64,000 bases of DNA from Leucoraja ocellata (Eukaryota). The translations under genes and the position numbers were made by a program. The stretch is from the NCBI GenBank assembly GCA_036785375.1, contig JAWMAR010000075.1:7006001-7070000 (forward strand), written 5' to 3'. Positions 1 through 13,286 of this stretch are shown in pieces. Position 1 is the first letter of the stretch. Every line of letters starts with the position of its first letter. The notes below the pieces were generated by a model that was not told the DNA's origin, did no database searches, and saw only the letters and a program-made list of their open reading frames with translations.

Positions 1-886
1 GGGATTAGAGGGATGTGGTTCATGTGGAGGCAGATGATATCAGTTCAGCTGGGCATCTTATTCAGCACATGCATTGTGGGCCAAAGGGTCCATTCCTGTG
101 CTGCATTGTTTTATGTTCTATATTGTACGGTCCTACGAGGGGGGGCTATAGTACAATCCCATCCGAGTGATTGCAACTTTCTTAAACAATTCCTGGACCA
201 CCTAGTCTCTGTAATGGCCACAACACCATGATTCTATACTCTGATCCAGGCTCTAAGTTCATCACCTTTCCCTGTTCTATTCCCTGCATTTAAGTAAACA
301 CAGTTTAGCCGATCAATCTCACTGTGTTTGGTAAAAGTACTCCAGAGCCTCATTTAATCTCCTATGTAATTTAGGTTGCATACAACTAAATGATCAGTAA
401 ATTCCTTTTAGTGTAACATTTCTTTGCCCAGTAAAATGTATTGGGTTAGTTGTACAGTGGATATGGATGGAATGGTATCTTGGATTAATTTCAGTTTCTT
501 CTTCCCATTGAATTGACGTTCAATGAAACAACTGTTAATTATTAGGAATAAATAATGGTAAATTGAATCTCTGGTGTCAGTTCCGTCTGTAATCACTAAT
601 CACTGTGTTCAGGTCAGGACGTTCATAAATGTCATGCTGGGGAAGGCAATATGTGCTGTTATGGCAATTATGATACTCAAAATTCAAAAATAAATCTGTA
701 GTTAGGTTTTCAATTATTGGAACACCATGCATCATTCATGAAAAAAAAAAAAACATAGTTCCTTGCTATCTGCAAAATTGTGTCATGCATTTCACATGCT
801 GTTATTTTTAACATCTAAGCAAAGCTTTAAAATCTTTACACAGATTCCTGACATGGAGTGTAAAGTAGATGACAAGGACTCAAACA

Positions 887-2524
887 CAGTTCCCTCCATA
901 GGATTGGGACAAAGACCCAATCATTTATTTATTTGCCTCTGTACTCCACAATTTGGGATAAGTAATACAAAAAAAAAATCACTAGTGGTTAAAGTGCACA
1001 TTGTCAGATTTTATTAAAGGCCATTTTAATACATTATTGTTTCACCATGTAGAAATTACAGCTGTGTTTACACATAGTTTCCCATTTCAGGGCACCATAA
1101 TGTTTGGGACACATGGCTTCACAGGTGTTTGTAATTGCTCAGGTGTGTTTAATTGCCTCCTTAATGCAGATATGAGAGAGCTCTCAGCACCTAGTCTTTC
1201 CACCAGTCTTTCTATCACCTGTAGAAACTTTTATTGCTGTTTATCAACATGAGTACCAAAGTTGTGCCAATGATAGTCAAAGATGCCATTATGAGACTGA
1301 GAAACAAGAATAAAACTGTTCGAGACATCAGCCAAACATTAGGCTTACCAAAATCAACTGTTTGGAACATCATTAAGAAGAAAGAGAGCATTGGTGAGCT
1401 TACTAATTGCAAAGGGACTGGCTGGCTAAGGAAGACCTCCACAGCTGATGACAGAAAAATTCTCTCTATAATAAAGATAAATCCACAAAAACTTGTCCGA
1501 CAGATCAGAAACACTCTTCAGGAGTCTGGTGTGGATTTGTCAATGACGACTGTCCACTGAAGACTTCACGAACAGAAATACAGAGGCTACACTGCAAGAT
1601 GCAAACCATTGGTTAGCTGCAAAAATAGGATGGTCAGGTTATAGTTTGCCAAGAAGTACTTAAAAGAGCAACTGGAAAAAATGAGACGGAGATTAACATA
1701 TCAGAGTGATGGCAAGAGCAAAGTATGGAGGAGAGAAGGAACTGCCCAAGATTCAAAGCATACCACCTCATCTGTGAAACACGATGGTGGGGGTGTTATG
1801 GCCTGGCATGTATGGCTGCTAAACATACTGGCTCACTTATCTTCATTGATGATACAATTGCTGATGTTAGTAGCAGAATGAATTCCGAAGTGTATAGACG
1901 CATCCTATCTGCTCAAGTTCAAACAAATGCCTCAAAACTCATTGGCCGGTGGTTCATTCTACAGCAAGCCAATGATCCCTAACATACTGCTAAAGCAACA
2001 AAGGAGTTTTTCAAAGCTAAAAATGGTAAGTTCTTGAGTGGCCAAATCAATCGCCTGATCTGAACCCAATTGAGCATGCCTTTTATATGCTGAAGAGAAA
2101 ACTAAAGGGGACTAGCCGCCAAAACAAGCATAAGCTAAAGATGGCTGCAATACAGGCCTGGCAGAGCATCACCGGAGAAGACACCTAGCAACTGGTGATG
2201 TCCATGAATCACAGACTTCGAGCAGTCATTGCCTGCAAAGGAAATGCAACAAAATACTAAACATGACTACTTTCATTTACATGACATTGCTGTGTCCGAA
2301 ACATTATGGTGCCCTGAAAAGGGTGGACTATATATAAACACTGCTGTAAATTCTAAATGGTGAAACCAAAATGTATAAAAATGGCCTTTTAAAAATTTTA
2401 ATAATCTGACAATGTGCCCTTTAGCCACATGTAATTGTTTTTCTATTACAAATCTCAAATTGTGGAGTACTGAGGCAAATAAATAAATGGTGGGTCTTTG
2501 TCCTAAACATTATGTAGGGAACTG
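887..2524 (+). mobile_element. Tc1-family DNA transposon, full length, with long IR/DR-type TIRs
   Basis: Starts CAGTTCCCT and ends AGGGAACTG followed by TA (left TA reads CA). ~225 bp imperfect TIRs (887-1112 and ~2292-2524), each with outer and inner direct repeats (CCATAATGTTTGGGACA-like). Transposase remnant lies between. Confidence 0.95.
1249..2260 (+). pseudogene. Tc1 transposase pseudogene
   Basis: HTH N-terminus (VRDISQTLGLPKSTVWNIIKK), KHxGGGVMAW, QQANDP (second catalytic D changed to A), SPDLNPIEH and a C-terminal ATKY stop. Has stops, frameshifts and a deletion at the first catalytic D near 1675-1681. Confidence 0.93.
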
Positions 2525-3647
2525 TAATTCGAGTTAAATCAAATGTGGAAAACATGTGCAATAGAAGTAGGAGTAGGTAACATGGCCCCTCAAGTCTGTT
2601 CCCATTTGGACTACTTCCATAATCAGATTGGGGCCCATTTCTAAACTGGTGCTTAATTTGCACTGTAACTACAACAGTGGGGTGAAAGTAGGCCTCTCTT
2701 GACCAACATTATAGCTCAAAGTGAATTGAAAACATCCAGACTTGTAATATCCATCAACAATTAGCAAGCTATGACATATGAGTGATATTGAATTAAGACA
2801 TATTGTGATGTTCTGATGTGATCAAGTTTCCTGGTCGGTGTATTTTCTTTGCCTTTTTCAGTTTTGTGAAAAGATTAAAATCAGAACACTAATATGATAA
2901 TGTAGTCCCAGCTGTCTCCTGCAATGGGTCGAATTGGATGTCATTAAAGTGACAGCATGATTGCCTAATTTGATGAGGTGGATTTTCATTGCTTAAGTGC
3001 ATCGTACCTCTTCATGTCAAATGAGTAAATTGCTGGGACAAGGTATTATGTAAAGAGACGCATGTTTTGCTATTACGTATTCTGCTGTGTGTTGTACATA
3101 CTTTATTAGATTTAATAAGAATGCATTATAAGCATATAGAATTGATCAGTAACAGTGGCTCAAGTTGTTAACATTTTTTAGATAATGGTCAGAAAAACTC
3201 CTGAGTGTTGATAAATTATTCCCTCATGCTGAGTGTTTCATTCTGGGTTTTAATCATCAAATGTTTATCTAACACTGAATAAGCTTGCTGTCTTTAAAAA
3301 AAAACCGCATACATCAGAAGGGACAATTTTCTAATCTTGGTGTAATATCATGAGCACGACATATAAACACAAGAGGACCAGTCCATCACTTTTACAAAAC
3401 CGGCATGGCTGAGCAATATCTAATTAAGACTAGACCAATTGCAGACCCGTTGGGTCTGTTCCCCCAACGTGCGGTTGTGGAGGGGGGGGGCAGCATGCAG
3501 CGTCACACACTAACTATCCCCCCCCCCCCCCCCCCCCCACACACGCTAATCACCCCCCTATATATTATATTAATATTATTAATTTGCTCCTTTTACCCCA
3601 TAAGCACCCTATCTACTGATGCATAGCCCCCAACTTGCAGCCACATC

Positions 3648-4020
3648 TAGAGAGGGGGGGGGGGGGGGGGCGGCGGGGGCGGGGTTAGAGAGTGAGGGCA
3701 GAGAGAGAAGGGGCAGAGACAGATATAGAGGCAGAGACCGAGAGAGAGTGGTGAGGGGGTGGAAGGGAGGGTGGGTGAGGGGGGAAAAGGTGGGGGAGGA
3801 GGGGAGAGAGGGGGGGGGGAGGAGAGAGGGGGGGGAGGAGAGAGGGGGGGAGAGAGCGGGGGTGCTGAGTGAGGGGGAGAGAGAGGGGTGCTGATGGGGG
3901 TGAGGGGAGGGGGAGAGGTGGGGAGCAGGGACGGTGGAGGGAAGGGGGTAGGGGGTGTGGAGGGGAGGGTGGGGTAAGGGAGGGGGGAGAAGAGAGGTGG
4001 GAAGAGAGAGGAGGGGAGAC
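3648..4020. repeat. G/A-rich low-complexity tract inside the Helitron
   Basis: Runs of G and GGGA/GAGA; explains the Pro/Gly-rich spurious ORFs. Confidence 0.9.
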
Positions 4021-4114
4021 TTCAACGTTTTACTTCAACCCAAACAACCATTTGCAGGCAGTGCCTTTTTACTTCAAACCAACCATATTCTCATTTTCAA
4101 ACCACATTAAGGTC

Positions 4115-4218
4115 ACTCACAGTTGAGTAGACATGTGTTCAGTGTTATTCAGAGCTCAGAGAGACGTGACCTCCATCTTGCAGAGACTGAGTGAGGCACA
4201 CAATTTCCTGGTTTTATA
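4115..4218 (-). promoter_or_regulatory. Putative Pol II core promoter plus splice donor (Helitron-borne), copy 1
   Basis: TATAAAA 4218-4212; Inr TCAGTC with A at 4188 (TATA at -30); CAAGATGG YY1-like motif; GTGAGT at 4120-4115. Confidence 0.5.
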
Positions 4219-5164
4219 GTCCCTCCCCCTCCCTCCAGCAGGGGCAGCAGAGAGAATGGTGATTGTTTAAAAATCATTAATATCTCTCTGATTTTTCATC
4301 AATGGGGAAAAATCCTCCGGTCCAGGAAGGCAGACGTGGGCTCTGAGCGAGGTGGCCAAATATGACGGCCGTAGGTGGCGGCGTTCTCTCGGAAATCGCA
4401 GCACAGTGGGCCAAAACCGGTCAAGAACAGACTTTTAGTAATATAGATGGAGACCAAATTGTGAAATTTCCACAGTATATACTGTGAATACTGTTTGATA
4501 CGCAATGGATATATCTGTGAGAGTGTAATCCAATTAATCATATTACTGCCTTAAAGTTATATAGATTCTAATTTGAAGATAATTATTCATTGTCTCTCTG
4601 CCAATTAATAGGCAGTGAAGCAACTGTTTTTTGTTCTCCGTACAATGAAACCAGTGACGAAGGAGAAAAGATTTATATTTTTCCTTTTACACTTGAGATC
4701 TATAATTATATTGGACCGAAAGCACTGTTGGTTTAACTGATCTGTGATGGTGCTGCATGCGCCCACAATCTAATTACCTCTCCTCTGTGTCTCGATTACT
4801 CTATTCCATTTTCTCTCATACGAAGCATCACCATAAACACATCAGTAATATCTGGTTCAAATGTTCTGATGTTGCAGCACATTTTCTCCAATTCTCTATC
4901 TACAGGCTGTCTTTGGGTTATGAATGCTTGACTTATGGACACCCCTACATATGAATAAACTCCATAATATTATTAAATTCAAAAGTCCAATGCACACATG
5001 TTGATTTCCATGAATGATAGAATAAGTTCTCACTCCGTGTCTCCAATTCTCTCTTAACAGTCTTCTGTGCTTTAGATGCCATTCATTACAGTACTGTGGA
5101 AGTATGGTTCCCATATCATAATTTCCTGTCCTTTTTAACTTAATAACAAAATCACCATATTCAA

Positions 5165-5650
5165 TGCTACTTTATTGTCACATGTACCTAGGTACAGTGA
5201 ACTGCTTGGTTTTGCATACAAGCCAGTAAAATCATGTGGCAGACCACAGCTAGGCAGTACACAACTGTTGCCACATTTTGGCTCCAACAAAGTTACCGAA
5301 CAGTTTTAACTACTGCCAGTCGCCCCGCCCTCCTTTGTTCTCAGCACCACCCCCCTGCTCAACCAGATACCCCCTTTGTTCTTCGACAGCCCTCATTGCT
5401 TTCCGATGATTCTCTTGCTCTCGGCCCACCTCACTGTCCGACAACAGCCACCTTGCTCACCAACAGCCACCTTGCTCACCGATGGCCCACCTTGCTCACC
5501 AATGGCCCACCTTGCTCACCAACAGCCACCTTGATCACTGATGGCCCACCTTGCTCACCGATGGCCCACCAATGGCCCCCCTCACTCTTGGTGGTTGCTC
5601 GCAGATTCCACCTCACTCATGCGGCACAGGTCTATGGGCATCAGCAAAGA
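5165..5650 (-). mobile_element. Decayed non-LTR retroposon with Rex1-like 3' tail and internal ~20 bp tandem repeat
   Basis: Tail TTTATTGTCACATGTACCTAGGTACAGTGAA (reverse complement of ...GTGACAATAAA); repeat GGCCCACCTTGCTCACCAAT at ~5425-5580. Confidence 0.5.
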
Positions 5651-6015
5651 CAGAACTTGCTTGTTACCCAGGGATGGCATATAAGGTCTTAGGAGCTAGC
5701 TTGGGTCAAAAGCTGTTAGATTAAAATTCTGAAATCTTTCACAAATTGAAATGCGTTCTCCATGTCCAAATAACCCCTTCTACAAATTTAAAGACCTCCA
5801 TCAATTTTGCTACAGATATTCCTTTTCCAACTAAAAGATCTCCCAAACTGCTCGGTCTTTCCTCAGAAGTTACAATATTTAAGTTCTAGCCACATACTTG
5901 AAATTATATTCCATTGTACTTCATAAAGAAGTCAGTGATGATCTATCAGAGAAATTTGGGATTGGGATCTCGCCAATGTGATAGATATCTCCACATGTCA
6001 ACAAGGTAAATATTA

Positions 6016-6470
6016 GGTTAATGTATGATGAGCACTTGACAGCACTAGGCCTCTACTCGCTGGAGTTTAGAAGGTTGAGAGGGGACCTTCATTGAAACTT
6101 ACAGAATAATGAAAGGCATAGATAGAGTGGATGTGGAAAGGATGTTTCCACTGGTGGATGAGTCCAGGACCAGAGGTCATAGCCTCAGAATTAAAAGGCG
6201 TTCTTTTAGAAAGGAGGTGAGGAGGAACTTTTTTCATCAGAGGGTAGTTAATCTGTGGAACTCATTGCCATAGAGGGGTGTGGAGGCCAAGTCAGTGGAT
6301 ATTTTTAAGGCAGAGATAGACACATTCTTGCTAAGAAAATGTGTCAATGGTTATGGGGAGAACACAGGAAAATGGAATTGGGAGGCAGAGATCAGCCATG
6401 ATTGAATGGCGGAGTAGACTCGATGGGCTAACTGGTCTAATTCTACTCCTATAACTTGTGAACGTGAACT
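6016..6470 (+). mobile_element. CR1/HER1-type LINE 3' fragment
   Basis: LGLYSLEFRRLRG.. and ESRTRGHSLRIK coding remnants, plus the GATCAGCCATGATTGAATGGCGG tail. Confidence 0.9.
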
Positions 6471-9400
6471 TGTAAAATGTATACAGAAAATAGTCCGCAA
6501 GCAATGTGGCATCTGTGGAGACAGATCTCAATTGACCTGCAGAACAGTTTCCCCAATTTCCATTGTATTTCACATTGTCAGACCTCATTGCTTTATGAAT
6601 AGAATAGACTAATAAGTCTAGTAAAACATTTTGTAGCACCAGGGAGATGTTAGGATATAGAACCTGCAATTTAGTGGAACAAATCAAATGAGTAATATAA
6701 AGGTATTCAACAGGAAGTTTGATAAGTGTTATGATGGAAAAAGACATTGTAATACATATTGATATGGTAAGATAGGTAGATGTTCAAAAGCAGCATGAGC
6801 AATGGCATAGATCAAGGACCGATGTTTGTGTTCCATGCTTTTTAATGGAATGGACTTATTTTACAGTTGTCATTTCTTTCAGTAGGTTATATATGAAACT
6901 TCTCAGAAGAAAATGGAGATAAACGATCCGTTCAGTATTGCTGTAATTTCAGTTGCCTCTCCTGTGACTTTATGAAATGCTATCTGCAGAGAAGTTCTTA
7001 TTGTATGATTGGTGCATGGACAGTTTCGACAAGTGACAAATATAATGCATGGGAGAAAGAAATAAAACATAAAGCATGATCCTTTTACATTACATAGCAG
7101 ATTGGAATGTTTCAGAGTGTGACTGAAAAGGAACTGAAATGGAGTGAAATGAACAATAAATGCGTGTTCTGTATTGCTATGAGACATTCAGCAGGAATTT
7201 TCTCCATTAGTTGTAATCCATTCTCTCCTATTGCATGAGTTCTCATTGGAATATGGTGCAAAAAGCTTGGAGCACTCGTTGCTACTTGTGCAAGTGATCA
7301 TTCCAGTATGAATTTTGTTGACATGCAGTCATTTTGTTTCAGCATTTTAGCATAATATGTGCATATATTTGGGTATTAAATGAGAATGGCACTTATTAGG
7401 AAGGTTCACTGGACAGAATCAAGATGTGAATTATGCCAGATTTCTACATTTGCTATTCCAGAAAGACAATTGTAAGATACCTAAAACTGCACTGACACAG
7501 ATCAACTAAGCCAGCTACGAGGAAGGGTTACACCCATACAGTTGAACTACACTAAATAAACATGATGATCCATGCCAGTGTGGTTGAGAAATTATTACTG
7601 TATTGTTAACAGATTATTCATTTCCGTCTGATTATCTCTTCCGAGAGCAATGGCACTTTAAACAATCAGTCATTCAGAACAATAAATTAATATTCACTGC
7701 ATTGGGCTGGAGAATTGGAAGGAAATGTGAAGTTCTCTAACCATAATATAACATGTGCAACTGAATGTAAATAGTCACTCATTTGCTTAAAAATGATGGT
7801 AATTAATTTTTACCAAAGTAATTTAATTAATTTGATGTACTTTCTACAGGCGAGTATGGATATTTTAAATCCTGCGACACAATATCTACATTAGGAAGGA
7901 GAGTGTTTTTAAACATGTAACCTATCTGTGGTACTCAGATTTATTTTTGCCTCTATTACTAGCCTATTACAATGCATTATTCTGGGTTGCTTCAAGGTCT
8001 GGATGTTGTGTGAGGACTACCCATGGAGTTAGACATTTAGCACATTGCTGCCCTGTAGGTGCTGCCAGCTAAAAAGTTGGCAGATGAAACAAACCCATTC
8101 TTACTCACTTGCTGCATAATTACAATTTTCAGTAAAGTGCAATACATTGACAAGCTTATTATCGCAAAGTGATTCAACATTCACAGTTCCGTGTGGATTA
8201 GGCTTTGATGTACAATATTTTAAAAGCAAATAAACATACTCTTTACGAACATCATGATGGGACCTGCCACACTGGATCATGTAAGTTTCTTTGCCATTCA
8301 CTACTTGAAGAATCACAAACTGGGAAGGCCTGGATGGAGGCCCTTTGGGCCAATGGGACAATTAAGGGAGCATTTATAGGTACTCCAGCCAGTCCCTCTC
8401 CCCAAATTCTATCTTTCAGACACTTATCCACCTCCCGTTTGAATGCTACATTTGAATCTGCCTGAACAATGCATTTCCTACCTTAACCATGCTCTGCATT
8501 AATAAAGAATTCCATCCATCACTTTTGGTTGTTTTGTCGATCATTTTAATCCTATGTTCCATGACCTTGACTATCTGCTAAGGAAAATAGTTTCTCCACA
8601 ACTGCTCTGTACAAATCCTCCATGATTTAATTATGCATGTGGGGCACAGGGAAGAGGAGGGGGGGGGCGGGTTAAGTTAGCTGCATAAAATTGGCAAATT
8701 CCACCCCCAAAATGTTATCTATTCATGTCTTCCAGAAATGCTGCCTGACCTGCTGAGTTACTACATTACTTCACATCTCTATTTTGTAAATCTGCAGTTC
8801 CATTATGCAAATTAGTTTGATTTTCGAAGTTCTCGAAAGGAAATAGAATGGCAACTGGAATTTGAAAATTGAAATTAAAATGGAAGATGTTGGATATAAT
8901 CAGCACCCTGGAGACGGGGAAACAGTGGAATTGTGTCATATCGATGACTTTCCAAGGGAACACTTTTCGAATGATAAGTGCAAGCCAGTCATTGTTTACT
9001 AAAATTAAATAATTGAATAAAATATTGACCAAATGGGCAGCAAATTTAGTAGCATTATGATTTTAGTTTTGTAGATGTATATTGTTTTTTACTAAACCTT
9101 CCAAGACTGTCAATGCAGGAGGATTGTTCCGTTTTTAAAGAAAGGTGAAGATATAGGAAACGCACGATTAATGTGGATGGGAATAAATCAAGATAAAATC
9201 AGTTGAAGTACAAAATCACAAAATGCCTTCACAAGGATTTACATCTGTAGCATTTATGTGAGAATAGTTTGTGGTTGAGCCATGCTATCTATGTAACATC
9301 ATAAGTTCTATGGTTAACCTTAGCAATATTTTATGCTGGCTGCTATACGACATTACAGAACCAAAGTGAAGCTAACTTTAAACATTGATAGTATTGTCAT

Positions 9401-11090
9401 CATGGTAAAAATCCTGTAATCTTTCATCCATGGTTAAAATGATCCGCACAGAGTCACATTGTGCAGAAGGAACCTGATAAGTCTATCATACCTAAAGACA
9501 AATCCATGTTGTCTGCTCCCTGCTCTTTCACCATAACACTGTAAGTGATAGGTGAACAGAGATTTACTGACAAGTAATTATGCCATTTGTCAATTATAAC
9601 AACTGTCAGTGTTTGACATGCCTATCATTTGATGCATTTGACAAAGGAGCAGAAGATTAAGCAAACAAAAATAGTGTTTGCAGCGTGCTCCAAAGAAAAT
9701 GCAAGGGAGTACAGTAAATATAATTTATTTCATGATTAACAAATGGGGAAAATAATCTGTTAAACTGGTTCAGTAATTTGCACTTGGAATGTTGAGATCT
9801 CTAAATGATGTGTCCAGTTTATTTAACATTTTCAGCCTCTGCCTCACAATGTATGCATGATTAAATATGCCCAACTCCTGTTGGTAATTAATTACCCTGA
9901 ATTTGATTGCTCGGGCCTCCTTTTCATTCTCAGCATAGACTGCCTTGCTATTTGTTTGTGTGCATGACGTGGGAACTATGATATTTTTTAGGACATCACT
10001 GATAATATTGCATTTGACTGCGCCAACTCCATCACTGTTATTAGGTTGGAATTATTTCTCTTACAGAGCTGATACATAGTCTCCTGTTTGTTCACTGCAC
10101 TGCCATGGAAATCCTTATTCAGCAATTGGCAGTGCAGTGTCAGTACTATTGTGAGATCTGCAGGAACCTAGGATGACGTTGGACTAAACCAGGAGGAAGC
10201 AGTTTAGTGACACGGACAAGTGGATATCTGGAATGGGTAGTCTGGAGAAGTGATGTAGATACAATAATGGATTGTAGAGGCTTTTAGAAAGGCACATTAA
10301 TATACTGGGATTGGAAGGATAGATCGTGTAGCAGATGAGATTAGTTTATTTTGGCATCATGTTTGGCACAGATGTTGTGGGCCTGTGCTGTACTTTTCCA
10401 TGACTATGTACTATCTAAGCCAGGCAGAAGCATTGATTGACAATATCAGTGACTTCCTCTTCCGGTATTCTGTTTGCAGTTGATGCTATGGCACACATCT
10501 GAAGGAGATTGCATTTATTTCTAAGTTGATAGCTTTACACCCTATGATTTGGATGTAGGATATGGGATATTGGGGACTTAGGAGGATGAAGCTTCACAGC
10601 AATTGCTGGGATGTCTAACACAGAACCACTGTTGGATACATTCCAACCAACTATAGACCAGTTGCACATTTTAGTAATTAGATGCCTTTCCTTTTCACAC
10701 TTGCATTATTTGCAAGAATTATGTAAGGCTTCCTGCAATTGCTGTGACTGGACTCGGAGAATTGTATCCAGTTCTTGTCTCTTTACTTAAAAAGGATGCA
10801 TTTTCACTTAGCGCTTTATGGGTTTGTAAAGCTAATATGCTCGATGTAGAAGGTTGCCATGCCAACATCTCAGGGCATTGCCATCAATCCCATTCCCACA
10901 TTTATTTTCTCACATGTTCATCAACCTCACCATAATTCTCCTACCACCGACGCACACTGGCGACGGTTTGCAAATAAAACCATTAACGCTGCCCATCACT
11001 CCTTTGGGACGCGAGAGGAAACTGAAGCACCCGGATAAACCCATATGATAGAATGGACAGTGTGCAAACCCTACTCAAATTGAAATGTTA

Positions 11091-11282
11091 AGGGGCCGTC
11101 CCACTTGGTCGTCATTTACGCGACATAATTTACGCGTCGCGACGTGTGCATTACGCGCGCATGGCGCGTTGTGGCGTATGTAGTGACGCGTGGTAGCACG
11201 GCGCCCCAGGATTTTGGGATTCTCAAAATCCTCGCGTGCCACCTGCGTGACGGGCAAATGACGCACAAGTGCGACAGACCCT
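11091..11282. mobile_element. PIF/Harbinger-type MITE
   Basis: TIR AGGGGCCGTCCCACTTG / CAAGTGCGACAGACCCT; TTA TSD on both sides; CpG-rich; homologous to 16944-17143. Confidence 0.85.
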
Positions 11283-11724
11283 TTAGGAAAGCACATTATG
11301 CAATGATTTCTGAATAACAAGCAGGCCTGTAATTTTAAACCATTCAATCATTCAACATAAGCAATAGCATCTTGTTATTAGACAATGTGCAAGGAAATAA
11401 ATAATTCGAAATGAAATGCAGGAAAAATGAGGACAGATGGTTTATCTGAATTTGAGAAACAACCTCTGGATGCACTGAACATCTGCCAAAGCGAGGGAAT
11501 GCATAGTATCTACATTTCTAATTACTATATATATTGAAAATTTATGCATTATGTACTTCTTACCTTAAAATGGCGTGAAACTGGATGTGATTACTCCCAA
11601 GTTCTGATTATTACAAGTGGCCACAGAGGTCCACAATTATGGCCACATTCAACCTCCTGATCTGTGCCCATCCATAACTGCACGGGAGGTGGGGGGGGGG
11701 GGGGGGGGGTGTACAAAGCTTGAA

Positions 11725-12150
11725 AAACATAGAAATATAGTAAATAGGTACAGGAGTAGGCCATTCAGCCCTTCGAGCCAGTACTGCCATTCAATATGAT
11801 CATGGCTGATCATCCACAATCAGTACCCCACTTCAGCTTTCTCCCCATATCCCTTGATTTTGTTAGCTCAAAGAGCTTTATCTAACTCTCTTGAAAACAT
11901 CCAGTGAAATGGCCTCCACTGCTTTCCGTGGCAGAGAATTCCACAAATTCACAACTCTTGAGTGAAATTTTTTTTTCTCATCGCAGTCCTAAATGGCCTA
12001 CCCTTATTCTTAAACTGTGATCCCTGGTTCTGGGCTCCCCCAACATCGGGTACATTTTCCCTGCATCTAGCCTGTCCAATCCATTATGAATTTTACATTT
12101 CTATAAGATCCTCTCTCATCCTTTTAAATTCCAACGAATATAAGCTGGTC
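11725..12150 (-). mobile_element. CR1/HER1-type LINE 3' fragment
   Basis: Reverse complement of the CR1 tail (GGAGTAGGCCATTCAGCCCTTCGAGCC; ATCATGGCTGATC). Confidence 0.88.
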
Positions 12151-13286
12151 AAGAAAAGAAGTGGGGGGGGGTGGGGGGGTGGGACAAACCCTGACAAATG
12201 ATAGGAGGATACAAGTGTGGATATTTGAATTAGCAGTTGGATAGAAATAGTGACAAAAGAGATTAAATGGTGTCAGATACAGAGAGAAGAGGAGCGACAT
12301 GTAAAGCCAGATGTCTGGAGGGATATATCCACCTCCAATCAATATGAAGAAAGTTCAACCCAACATGTCGTCAGTCCATTCCCTCCATAGATCCGGCTTG
12401 GACTGCTGCTCCTCTAACACTTTGTGGGGTGTTTGTTGGTAAACCAGCATCTGCTGTTCCTTGTGTCACCATTGTAAATAATTTGCCCAATTGTTTCAGA
12501 TCGAGCTCGAGACAGCCCACACCTTACATTTGCCACGACCCCAACACCACCAATGATCCCTGAGGCCAGAAAAATCTATTGGGGTACTGCGGGATGGGCC
12601 TCCAATTTCTGGCTCTTCTACAAAGTATCGCAGGCCGCACTGGTGACCAGGTCTCATGCACAAGAACCTAAGGCCCCATTCCCCAGTACGACTGTGACAA
12701 CTCATGAAGGAAGAGGGCAGATGGGCATCAGTTCCTAACGGAATGACAGCTTTCTGTGAAGTATGATCTGGCTCATTAATTTTAACCTGCGTTGCCTATG
12801 TTGAGACATTTGGAATTACACAATCCTGAGAAAAAGTCCTAATTATTGGTGAGAGTGTATTGGTAATTGTGTTGCTGACTGACAATCCATTTTGCTTATT
12901 TTATTTGTTAATATGTGATTTTCATCTGGAAATTAATTGAAAAATGTGTTTGAAAGCAAAATTAAGCAAAGAAAATTTTCTTTCTGCCGCTACCAAAGCT
13001 AAATGCTTTTAAACTGAATAAAATGTTAGCTCTGTGAGGCTTAGTTCAAGGTTACCTAACATTATCTGGTCAGACAGCTGTAACAAACATGACCTACATA
13101 TCAAGTGTTTCCACTGTTTAGAATTTTGAGCATATTGTGACTTCTAAGCCCAGTTCTGTTTCTATGTTCTGTACAATCTGGTCTGTTGAACGTTGTGAAG
13201 GTTAATGAAAGTTAATAATAACAGTTCATTAAAAAAATTAAAATGGCTGGAAAATGTGTTTACTGATAAGAGCCATTATACCCCAA

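Larger units (their letters stand above)
3430..4447 (-). mobile_element. Non-autonomous Helitron, complete ends
   Basis: Minus strand reads A|TCTATATTACTAAAA ... hairpin CAGACCC-AAC-GGGTCTG (3442-3458), 8 nt spacer, CTAG|T. Inserted in an AT dinucleotide with no TSD. Confidence 0.88.

Noticed and set aside
3609-4126. Pro-rich and Gly/Glu-rich ORFs (also 62453-62854)
   Set aside because: Translations of G-rich low-complexity tracts.
7825-8290. Possible host exons (TTTCTACAG at ~7849; GTAAGT at 8281)
   Set aside because: No consistent open frame or recognisable protein; such splice-like words are expected by chance. Small exons cannot be excluded without RNA-seq.
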